From the NCBI GenBank assembly GCA_958295925.1, contig OY282384.1, forward strand, positions 1,572-65,571: DNA of 64,000 nucleotides. Reading direction: 5' to 3'. Under the pieces are notes generated by a model, which saw nothing but the letters and a program-made list of their open reading frames with translations, was not told the origin of the DNA and made no database searches. The DNA is from an uncultured Acidimicrobiales bacterium (GTDB lineage: Bacteria; Actinomycetota; Acidimicrobiia; Acidimicrobiales; CATQHL01). This document shows, in pieces, positions 54,306 through 62,685 of the stretch; position 1 is the first letter of the stretch; each line of letters begins with the position of its first letter. The translations under genes were made by a program, and so were the position numbers.

Positions 54306-55196
54306 ATGCCCCTACCCATAATCATCCCAATCGCCATCGGCGCCGTCACCCTGGTCGGCGGCCTCACCGCCACCAAGCACGGCTCTGACCGAATCAAACG
54401 CGCCCAAGCCCATCATCAACAGGAATACGACGCCTACGCCAACCAGCACCAGCACACCGTCGCCGCCCAGCAGGAAATCGACGAGCATTACCTGCCACTA
54501 TTGGGACAGATGCGACTGGACGCGATGGCCGCCGTCCGCGAAGCCATCAAGCTGGCCAACCAAGCCGTTCAACACCACGCCCACGCCCTGCCCGACTCGC
54601 TCCACGACGAATTAGTGGAACTCAAGAACAGCCACGGAGTCTACGACTCACTACTGGACCAGACCACCCTCCCGGGCAGCACCCTGGCTACCCAGGACAT
54701 GGCCCAACTAGGCGCCTCAGGGCCGTCTTCCGCCATCAACGCCATCAGCGCCGCCGGCACCGGAGCCGCCATCTCGGGCTTGGGCAGCCTCTACGCCGCC
54801 AAGGCCGGAATAGCCTGGCTGGGCGGCGGTACTTTAGTCGCCAGCGGAGCCGGCATCGCCGGGGGCGCAGTGCTGCTGGGCGGGTTGGCCGCCGGGCCAC
54901 TCCTGGCCATGGGAGTGCTCAAAGAGATAAAGGCCGGCCGCGTCGAAAAAGAAGTGGAAATCGAAGTGGACCAGCTGCACCGGCAGATGAACCGGCTGAC
55001 CGCGCAGCGGGAACGCATGGACAAGAGACTATTCCGCATCGGCGAACTCCAGGGCACTCTGGACCGGAAGAGCCGGGCCCTGGCCCGCTACACCCAGAAG
55101 CTAGACCTCACCCAAGCGGAGGCGCCCGAGGCGCTACACCAACTAGCTATCGGCATCCGAGAGCTGCAGCAGCTGATCAATGAACCAGTGCACTAA
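54306..55196 (+). CDS. G-family member 4
   Basis: MPLPIIIPIAIGAVTLVGGLTATKHG; GTGAAISGLGSLYAAKAGIAWLGGGTLVASGAGIAGG. Confidence 0.7.
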   Translation: MPLPIIIPIAIGAVTLVGGLTATKHGSDRIKRAQAHHQQEYDAYANQHQHTVAAQQEIDEHYLPLLGQMRLDAMAAVREAIKLANQAVQHHAHALPDSLHDELVELKNSHGVYDSLLDQTTLPGSTLATQDMAQLGASGPSSAINAISAAGTGAAISGLGSLYAAKAGIAWLGGGTLVASGAGIAGGAVLLGGLAAGPLLAMGVLKEIKAGRVEKEVEIEVDQLHRQMNRLTAQRERMDKRLFRIGELQGTLDRKSRALARYTQKLDLTQAEAPEALHQLAIGIRELQQLINEPVH

Positions 55197-55229
55197 GACA
55201 GGACAATACCCAAAGATTGGAGGGCAAAT

Positions 55230-56165
55230 ATGCCGCTACCGCTACTGATACCCATAGCCCTGGGGGCCGCCAGCATCATCACCGGCCTCACAGCCACAAA
55301 ACACGGTGAACATCGCATCAAGAAAGCGCAAGAGCACCTCCAAGCTGAGTATGACCTCTACAAAGCCCAGCACGAAGAGACAGCAGTATCAGTCAACCGA
55401 TTCAACGACGAAGCACTTCCACTCTTTGGACAATCAAGGCTCCATGCCATTGAGAACCTAAGGATGGCCTTCGAGTACACCAACCAACAGTGGGAGGAGA
55501 ACCCAGAGCTCCTCGGCGAGGAAGGGAGAGCCAAACTGGAAGACCTAGCCGCAAAGCAGGAAGCATACAACACTATCGTCGATGAGTATGCCAACGCGAA
55601 GACCGGACTAGGCACCGGGGCACTCGCGACCCTAGGCGCAGCAGGGATCGCCGGCGCGTTTGGCACTGCCGGGACCGGCGCGGCCATCAGCAGCCTAAGT
55701 GGCATCTACGCCGTAAAAGCAGGACTAGCCTGGCTAGGGGGCGGCACCCTAGCCGCCGGAGGGGCCGGAATGGCCGGCGGAGCCAGCCTACTCGGTGGAC
55801 TAGGCGGCATCCCGATACTCGCCATCGGCATCCTCAAGGAGGGAAAAGCCGACAAAGTTGAGAAAGAGGTCGAAAAAGAGGTAGCCAAGCTACAAGAGAA
55901 GAAGCACAAACTTCTGCAGGAAAAGAACAGAATAGACCAACTCAGCCTCGACTCCGCTGAACTCCATTACCGCATGAACCTAGAAGGCAAAGCAGTACTA
56001 AAGGCAATAATGCGCACAGAACGTAGCGAGAAGTGGTTAGCTTGGCTCTACCAAATCTACCAGCTCATCTGGAGACGACCATTCCCAGGGAAAGTGAAGA
56101 ACATCAATCGCATCATCACCCGCGCAGCAACACTACAAGCAACCCTGCAGCAGAAGCTGATCTAG
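55230..56165 (+). CDS. G-family member 5
   Basis: MPLPLLIPIALGAASIITGLTATKHG; GTGAAISSLSGIYAVKAGLAWLGGGTLAAGGAGMAGG. Confidence 0.7.
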   Translation: MPLPLLIPIALGAASIITGLTATKHGEHRIKKAQEHLQAEYDLYKAQHEETAVSVNRFNDEALPLFGQSRLHAIENLRMAFEYTNQQWEENPELLGEEGRAKLEDLAAKQEAYNTIVDEYANAKTGLGTGALATLGAAGIAGAFGTAGTGAAISSLSGIYAVKAGLAWLGGGTLAAGGAGMAGGASLLGGLGGIPILAIGILKEGKADKVEKEVEKEVAKLQEKKHKLLQEKNRIDQLSLDSAELHYRMNLEGKAVLKAIMRTERSEKWLAWLYQIYQLIWRRPFPGKVKNINRIITRAATLQATLQQKLI

Positions 56166-56247
56166 ACAGCTCGCCATGCCCCTTCCCAGCCTGTTGCAAA
56201 CTACAGCAGAACACAAGGACTAACACCTACCAGGAGCCGCCTACATC

Positions 56248-58131
56248 ATGACTAACGCCGCCAACAGCCAGGCAGTCCAACAGCCAGGGCATAAATCGCC
56301 TCTTACAGAGCCGATTTATGCCCAAGGTCCCCTCAATCGCGGTGTCTATATCGCCGACAACTACCATTTCCTCCAGTCCTTAAACTCAGAAAGCATCGAC
56401 CTCTGCGTCATCGACCCGCCCTTCGCCAAAAACGAAACCTTCGGCCGCCGCAATCCCAAGAACCCGGACCCGCTGAAACCGCCCCTCTCCGCCCTGGAAC
56501 AGCAGACCGAGCTGGAACTCCTGGCCCGCTGGGGCATCCACAACCAGGAACAAGCCGACCAAGCCGGCATCAACTGGCCCGAAACCCGGTACCACGACAT
56601 CTGGTCCTGGGAGAAGGACATCCATGAGAACTGGCTGACCGACTTGAAGGCCGACCACCCGGCCATCGCCGAGCTGATCGAAGCGGCCGCCCTGACCCAC
56701 AGCGACTCCACCGCCGCCTACCTCTGCTACATGGCAGTCCGCCTGCTGGAGATTCACCGCGTGCTGAAAGCCACCGGGAGCCTGTACCTCCACTGCGACC
56801 ACACCGCCAACGGGTATTTAAGAATGCTGCTGGACGCAGTATTCGGACACCAGAACTTCAGGAATGAGATCACATGGAGAAGAACCTACGCCCACAACGA
56901 ACAGAAACAATATGGCCGCACCAGCGACACCATACTGTTCTACAGCAAGTCAACAGAACATAAATGGAACAGGGTACTAACCCCCTACACAGAGGAGTAC
57001 AAAGGAAAGTATTTCAATTACTCGGACGAGAGGGGAATATTCCAGCCAATCACATTGACCGGAGCAGGAACTACCCGCGCCGAGTCCGGCAGCACCTGGA
57101 AAGGATACAACCCAACAGATTCAGGGAGACACTGGAGCATCCCTAGACGAATCATCCAACAATTAGTTGGAGAAAAAGCAAACCAACTTTCCCTGGAAGA
57201 GAAGATGAACCTACTAGAGCGGGAAGGATACATCTATTGGCCCAAGGAAGGGAACACACCCAGAGTTAAACAATATCTCCACGAGATGAAAGGGACACCA
57301 GTCCAAGACATCTGGACTGACATCGGACCACTCTCTGCACACGCAGCCGAACGCACCGGCTACCCCACCCAGAAACCAGTCGCCCTGTCCGAAAGAATAA
57401 TCAAAGCCTCCACCAACGAAGGCGACGTCGTCCTGGACTGCTTCGCCGGCTGCGCCTACGTCCCCGTCGCCGCCGAAAGATTGAATCGACGCTGGCTGGC
57501 CTGCGACCTCAACCCCCGCGCCTGGACCGTCTTCAAACGCCAATTTTCCAAGCCCTCCCTGGCTCTGCTGGACTGCCAGGAGGAGACCCACGACCAATAC
57601 ACTCTGGGCGAAGGCTTCAACGGCCTGGCCACCGTCCACGGGCCCAACGAACTGCCGGTCCGCACCGACCCGGAGCACAACGGCCACGCCAAGACCAGGA
57701 ACCTGCCCACCCCGGAACGCAAGTTCAAAGTCCCCGCCGCCAACATGCCGAACCAGCTAATGCTGCAGAAATTACTGGAACTCTCCGGCTACCAGGCCTG
57801 GTGCTGCGGCTTCGCCAATCGCAAGGCGGACGGTACAGTAGTCCAGACCACCAACAACTTTCACCTGGACCACATCAACCCTAAAAGCGTCAGCGGCTCC
57901 GGCTGGTCCAACGACATCACCAACCGCGCCCCGCTCTGCCCGCATCACAATATTCAGAAATCCAACCGCAGAGTCGGATTATACGAACTCCGCCAGGAGA
58001 TAGAAAAGGCCGGCGAGCTGCTAGTCGACTCCGTCAGGGAACTGAAAGACCTGGACCAAGCCCACCACCAGGCCCTGCAGCTGCACCTAAAAGCAGAGCT
58101 GGATAAGCAGCAGCCATTCGTACAGCTGTAG
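56248..58131 (+). CDS. beta-class DNA methyltransferase fused to a C-terminal HNH nuclease domain
   Basis: LCVIDPPFAKNE (motif IV); GYPTQKPVAL..VVLDCFAGCAY (motif I region); C-terminal FHLDHINPKS..NRAPLCPHHNIQKSN (HNH). Confidence 0.85.
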   Translation: MTNAANSQAVQQPGHKSPLTEPIYAQGPLNRGVYIADNYHFLQSLNSESIDLCVIDPPFAKNETFGRRNPKNPDPLKPPLSALEQQTELELLARWGIHNQEQADQAGINWPETRYHDIWSWEKDIHENWLTDLKADHPAIAELIEAAALTHSDSTAAYLCYMAVRLLEIHRVLKATGSLYLHCDHTANGYLRMLLDAVFGHQNFRNEITWRRTYAHNEQKQYGRTSDTILFYSKSTEHKWNRVLTPYTEEYKGKYFNYSDERGIFQPITLTGAGTTRAESGSTWKGYNPTDSGRHWSIPRRIIQQLVGEKANQLSLEEKMNLLEREGYIYWPKEGNTPRVKQYLHEMKGTPVQDIWTDIGPLSAHAAERTGYPTQKPVALSERIIKASTNEGDVVLDCFAGCAYVPVAAERLNRRWLACDLNPRAWTVFKRQFSKPSLALLDCQEETHDQYTLGEGFNGLATVHGPNELPVRTDPEHNGHAKTRNLPTPERKFKVPAANMPNQLMLQKLLELSGYQAWCCGFANRKADGTVVQTTNNFHLDHINPKSVSGSGWSNDITNRAPLCPHHNIQKSNRRVGLYELRQEIEKAGELLVDSVRELKDLDQAHHQALQLHLKAELDKQQPFVQL

Positions 58132-58255
58132 CCTACAGAGACCGGAATAGGAAACCCAACAGAGGGTGATCCAAGCCCATTTTGTCAACAGCGAGGATTT
58201 TGAGTGAGTGCAACAAAAACAGCCGATTCCCGGCCGTTTGTCAACAGCCGCCCAG

Positions 58256-60496
58256 CTACAGACCAAGCAAGGAAAGCCCGAGACGCTGCCGCGCAACATC
58301 AATCGAACAAATCCTCACCTTCATAACCTGCCCAGCAGCAAAAGCATCTGCCGCCCGCCAATCCTCCCCCGGTGGGATCTCGGTCTTATGCACCAAGCCT
58401 TTCAAACCCAGCTCAAAGCGGACGAAGATACCAAAATCAGCCAGGCCGTCATAAACCCCTACTATCACGTCCCCCACGGAATGACGCTCAGCCAGGAAGT
58501 CCCAAGGGTCCCGGAGACACGGAAGAGTCAACCGCACGTTCCCCTTCTCCGGGTCCCTACCATCCACGGAAGTCACCCGAACAACGACAGGATCGCCCAC
58601 TGAAAGCTCACCCAATTCCTGGGCAGCGAGCATAGAGAGACACTCCGAAGGAACAAGACCATCCACAACCCCCAACGAGACAAAAGCCCCATGCTCAGTA
58701 ATCGAAGACACTCTACTGCTGAACTCCTGGCCCACCTGGAAAGACTGCCGCCGCCCCCGCCGTACAGCCTCAACCCCACCGGCAGTGTCCAACTCCACCC
58801 ACGGACCCCACCCATGCCCGTTCACCGCCCGGACGCGGTAACGAGCACCAGCAACAAGGCTCCGCCCCACCATCGTAGAGAAGGCGCCAGAGCGACCACC
58901 CACTGAAACATCCCGATCCGACTGCCATTCCCCAGCATGATGCTGTACCTCAAAATGCGTCACGGGAGAATAACCGGACCACACCGGCATCTCCCAGGAG
59001 AAGCCATAAGCGTCTCCCCGCTGATAAACCAAGGACAAAGAGCGCACCGCGCCAGGAAAAGCACCTTTCACCTGCACCGACGAACCGTGCCAAGGCGTGG
59101 AATAACCCCGCCACCTTGCCCGAACACGATATTCGTAAAGAAACGTCTCCAGAGGAGGCACCAGCGGTTGATCCACAAAATCGACACCCTCGGTCTCAGG
59201 GAAGACCTCGTCCTCGCTGAACCCAGAAAGAGAAGAGACATACCGGACAACTTCAAAAACGACGCCGTCAGGACGGCAGGACAAGCTCCAAGAAAGGTCG
59301 ACCATCCCACTCCCCGGGCGGACCGCAGCCCGCAGCGGAGACAAACCCAGAACAGAAGAAACCGCCTGCACCAACTCCTCCTCAGTGAGAGAAATCAGGG
59401 CCCAAGGCCCAGGGATACCAACATCGCTAATACCCCGCACCCGAACCGAAAGACCCGACAAGTCGGTTACCTCGTAAGAATAAGGAACATCCGAACAGAC
59501 ACACTCGAACCGGACCGACCCATCGGAGAATTTTTCCACCGGACAAGAACAGGGAACCCCCGGAACGGTTTCGACGGCAGCCCAGGAACCAGAGAAAGAA
59601 TCCCAAGACTCCAACTCATACGCGCGAGTAGGAAGGATCTGCCGCGGCCCCAAGTCGCCAGAGAGTCCCCACTTCAAACCGAAAAGGAAATTTTGATTCT
59701 CCGGATCAAAGGACAGCCCAGCCGACTTCAACGCCAGCAGCGGAACCGCAGAGACACTGGTCACCTCAGCAAAGCGCGCAGCGCCAAAAACCGCCCGCTC
59801 CTGCTTATAAGCCTTCAAAGCCCATTCACACCGCCACGCCGTCTGACGACTATCTAAAGGCGGCGAAAGCCAACGAATCCGATGCTCACCCCGATTGCGA
59901 GTATCAGAATTACGAACCTTCTTCCAATGTTCGTCATAAATGAGAACAAACTCAGAGGAACGATACTCAACGACCCTAGAGCTATAGGCCCCTGGATTCC
60001 GAATATCATTACGCCCCGCCATATACAAGGCATTCTTAGCAACAACCTCATGTTGAAACTGACGAAGCGAGGGATTGTAAGTCATACCAACGTAACCAGT
60101 CTCCAGCTGGTAGACAAAGAATCCTTCACGAAGCAATGGCTTACCCTTGCACCCAGGGACAATCCCATCAACCGGCTCAACAGAACAAACATTGCTAGTG
60201 CAACTGGACGGCTTGCCCCCACAGGAGAGATCAAGCGTCACCAACCACCCAGCACAGAACGGACACATTGGAGAATCAACTTCCAGATAATGCTTTTCCT
60301 TGTGATCGGGATCGACACAAGCACGAGCGCAAGCGCCACAGACAAACTCGGACTGCGACTTAGCAGAACCGCACATGGCACAATCCAGGAGCAACAAAGG
60401 GTCCAGCAACCCCAAAACACGGTTCATCTCAGGAAGATGAGAACTCTCCCCAGCCAGGAACCGCCGCGACCAGACGTCACGATACTCAGTAGTCAT
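58256..60496 (-). CDS. multidomain protein: zinc ribbon + GIY-YIG nuclease + FN3-like repeats + two S1 RNA-binding domains
   Basis: 746 aa. CAMCGS..CGACARAC; FFVYQLETGYVGMTYNPSLRQFQHE (GIY-YIG); YEYRVRARW and ARYRVRAVNGHGWGPW (FN3-like); GQEFSSRVSSITEHGAFVSL and VGDVIVGVYDGLADFGIFVRF..GLVHKTEI..GQVMKVRICSIDVARQRLGLSL (S1). Overlapping + ORFs are Arg-rich junk. Confidence 0.75.
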   Translation of the reverse strand: MTTEYRDVWSRRFLAGESSHLPEMNRVLGLLDPLLLLDCAMCGSAKSQSEFVCGACARACVDPDHKEKHYLEVDSPMCPFCAGWLVTLDLSCGGKPSSCTSNVCSVEPVDGIVPGCKGKPLLREGFFVYQLETGYVGMTYNPSLRQFQHEVVAKNALYMAGRNDIRNPGAYSSRVVEYRSSEFVLIYDEHWKKVRNSDTRNRGEHRIRWLSPPLDSRQTAWRCEWALKAYKQERAVFGAARFAEVTSVSAVPLLALKSAGLSFDPENQNFLFGLKWGLSGDLGPRQILPTRAYELESWDSFSGSWAAVETVPGVPCSCPVEKFSDGSVRFECVCSDVPYSYEVTDLSGLSVRVRGISDVGIPGPWALISLTEEELVQAVSSVLGLSPLRAAVRPGSGMVDLSWSLSCRPDGVVFEVVRYVSSLSGFSEDEVFPETEGVDFVDQPLVPPLETFLYEYRVRARWRGYSTPWHGSSVQVKGAFPGAVRSLSLVYQRGDAYGFSWEMPVWSGYSPVTHFEVQHHAGEWQSDRDVSVGGRSGAFSTMVGRSLVAGARYRVRAVNGHGWGPWVELDTAGGVEAVRRGRRQSFQVGQEFSSRVSSITEHGAFVSLGVVDGLVPSECLSMLAAQELGELSVGDPVVVRVTSVDGRDPEKGNVRLTLPCLRDPWDFLAERHSVGDVIVGVYDGLADFGIFVRFELGLKGLVHKTEIPPGEDWRAADAFAAGQVMKVRICSIDVARQRLGLSLLGL

Positions 60497-60637
60497 AAAA
60501 CAACACCACCCCCGCCAAGAGATTACTTTCCCGATTATAGAAAAGAGAGAAAGCCTACTCTCTAAACGAAAACGCCCCCAGTCCTAAACCACTGCCCCGC
60601 AGCTGCAATCCGGCTTCCGCCGTCTGGTTTGGTTCCT

Positions 60638-60659
60638 CTTCCCCGGTTGCGGGCGGTGG
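60638..60659 (+). repeat. intergenic TTTCCCGGTT element, variant copy
   Basis: cttccccggttgcgggcggtgg upstream of 60752 gene. Confidence 0.45.
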
Positions 60660-60751
60660 CCTTGCGCCTCGTGCTTCCCTTTTCCGTTCCTGGGGAAAAG
60701 ACAGCGCCCAGCGCAAAAGCCGCCAGCTTCAACACACCCGAGGTGAGAACT

Positions 60752-61165
60752 ATGATCAAGTCAAGCAAGCCCTTCAACCCCCAGTCCCACCGGGCCGAAA
60801 AGGCCCTCGCCGAACACAGCCCGGCCGACCAACAAGCCCTGGCCAACGGCTTCCGCTCCAGCGAAGAGCAAGGCGCCTACCTGGACGCGCGCCTCAGCGG
60901 CCTGACCCACGACCAAGCCGAAGACCGCCTGACGGACCTCCGGATGTCCAGCCGCTTCCCCGTCGGCGAGTATTTCGAAGACCTGGCCACCGGCAAGGCC
61001 GCCGCCCGCGCCGGAGTAGCCCAGGCCAGAGCCGCCGCCCGGCAGAACCCCGACGTCGCCGACGCCTATAACGACATCGCCCAGGCCCGGGCCACCCTGG
61101 CCAATAGCCAGTCGCTGGACGACACCGAGGCCGCCCTGGAAAACCTGCGCCGCACGGCTTTCTAA
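60752..61165 (+). CDS. hypothetical protein
   Basis: GAGGTGAGAACT then ATG 60752 inside track ORF 60629..61165. Confidence 0.6.
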   Translation: MIKSSKPFNPQSHRAEKALAEHSPADQQALANGFRSSEEQGAYLDARLSGLTHDQAEDRLTDLRMSSRFPVGEYFEDLATGKAAARAGVAQARAAARQNPDVADAYNDIAQARATLANSQSLDDTEAALENLRRTAF

Positions 61166-61269
61166 ACGATAGGCCGCCAGGCCACAGAGAACCCCTTCCC
61201 GGGGCCAAGACGCCGCCCCAGCGACCAAAGAGCCGCCAGCCGGGAGCCAAACCAGCCCCCGGCTGCTTC

Positions 61270-61289
61270 TTTCCCGGTTCGCGGCGTGG
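61270..61289 (+). repeat. intergenic TTTCCCGGTT element, copy
   Basis: CAGCC-ccc-GGCTG hairpin then cttctttcccggttcgcggcgtgg. Confidence 0.55.
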
Positions 61290-61348
61290 GGCGTCGCCAG
61301 CCCCACGATCGACTTTCCCAACTCTTATTCATAAAGGAGGACATATTC

Positions 61349-61663
61349 ATGTCTAACAACGCCACCCCCAGCGCCACCGCAGTCGCCGACTGCACTCTGG
61401 AGAACCACTGCGCCCTCTGCGCCCGCCTCATGGCTCATCCCAAGAACACCGCCGCCGGCGTCCTGGAAATGTGCGCCGACAGCCGGCGCGACGGCCAGGC
61501 CGGCCCGGAACGCGAACACGCCGCCAACGTCAAGATGGGCCTCTGCCGCCCCGACTCCCCGCCGCATCAGCGGGCCTGCCCGGAAAAGTATTGCGTATCC
61601 TTCTCCGCCGGTGAAATATGCAGACATCAGTGCAGCGGCTGCGGCGCGCCCCTCGGCGCGTAG
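61349..61663 (+). CDS. small Cys-rich protein
   Basis: AAAGGAGG 61333-61340, ATG 61349; 104 aa with 8 Cys (CALCARL, CSGCG). Confidence 0.6.
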   Translation: MSNNATPSATAVADCTLENHCALCARLMAHPKNTAAGVLEMCADSRRDGQAGPEREHAANVKMGLCRPDSPPHQRACPEKYCVSFSAGEICRHQCSGCGAPLGA

Positions 61664-61745
61664 ACCGCCCTCCCGGCCCGACACAAGCCCCCCAGGGCCT
61701 CTCAGCAGCTACCCCGCTGCCCGGGAGCCCCCCAGGGGGCCAATC

Positions 61746-61808
61746 AACGCCTACCCCGGCGTTTCTTTCCCGGTTTCAGGCCGTTTGGTTCCGCGGTTCG
61801 GGCGGAGT
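61746..61808 (+). repeat. terminator hairpin + TTTCCCGGTT element (long form)
   Basis: AACGCC-N6-GGCGTT then tctttcccggtttcaggccgtttGGTTCCGCGGTTCGGGCGGAGT; last 22 nt identical to 62584-62605. Confidence 0.7.
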
Positions 61809-61891
61809 CGTCGTGTCTTGGAGTTTTATAGACGTGAGACCGCCCGCGCCGCAGAGAATCAGGCAAATCTTAAAGAAAGCAGGTGAAAATT

Positions 61892-62470
61892 ATGTCCTTC
61901 AAACCCTTCCACGGCATGATCATCGTCCCCCGGGAAAAGCAACCCGTCGTCTTCCAGCCGACCCAGCCGCTGGACACCCTGCCGCGCATGGTCTTCCAAA
62001 ACGACCCCGTGGCCCAGGTCATCAACTACATCAAGGCGACCCCGCCCCGGATCGCAGGCTGCCTCTATCGCGACGGCCAGGTCATCCAGGGCCTGATCGA
62101 AGAGAGCACTCGCGACCGCAACTGGAACTTCGTCATCAATCGGCCCTACGCCTTCCCGCTGCTGCACGGCGACTTGGAAAAGTGGTACGGCCCCCACATC
62201 TATGGGCTGCACGCGCCGGACCGCACCTGGCTGCTCTATATCGACCACGAATACCGCCCCCACGGGAATTCGGGCAACGTCATTCTGCATGAGAATACGC
62301 CCGGCGCCATCGACCGGCTGCTCAGCGGCGACTTCAGCCAAGGCTGGCGGATGGACAAGTCCGCCCACACAGTCGGCGGCGCCATGCGCGACGCGGCCAA
62401 GACCCACCAGTGGGTGCTGGAGAACCACCTCCGCGCGGCGGAGCAGGCTGCTGCAGCAGCATCAGCATAG
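61892..62470 (+). CDS. hypothetical protein, family F copy 1
   Basis: AGGTGA SD, ATG 61892; TWLLYIDHEY..SQGWRMDKSAHTVGGAMRDAA parallels DWLLWVNPSL..PKGWRFDAAMGWKLAGLA in the next gene. Confidence 0.6.
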   Translation: MSFKPFHGMIIVPREKQPVVFQPTQPLDTLPRMVFQNDPVAQVINYIKATPPRIAGCLYRDGQVIQGLIEESTRDRNWNFVINRPYAFPLLHGDLEKWYGPHIYGLHAPDRTWLLYIDHEYRPHGNSGNVILHENTPGAIDRLLSGDFSQGWRMDKSAHTVGGAMRDAAKTHQWVLENHLRAAEQAAAAASA

Positions 62471-62506
62471 CCGGCCAGCGGCAGCTACCGCACTGTAGTA
62501 AAGCCC

Positions 62507-62563
62507 AGTCCCCTGGGGAGCAGCACCCCCCAGGGGACTGGCAGCCCCTCCCAGGGGCTTTTT
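62507..62563 (+). terminator. double-hairpin rho-independent terminator
   Basis: AGTCCCCTGGGG / CCCCAGGGGACT (12 bp), then AGCCCCT-ccc-AGGGGCT followed by TTTTT. Confidence 0.8.
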
Positions 62564-62605
62564 CCCGGTTTTCGGCCCGGGGGGTTCCGCGGTTCGGGCG
62601 GAGTG
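62561..62605 (+). repeat. intergenic TTTCCCGGTT element (long form)
   Basis: tttcccggttttcggcccgggGGTTCCGCGGTTCGGGCGGAGT. Confidence 0.7.
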
Positions 62606-62685
62606 GCTTCGCTTTTCGGAGTCATTCGACGGCCCAGCGCCGCCGGACCCAGACCGGCAAACTTAAAGAAAGGAAGTGAAAGAAA

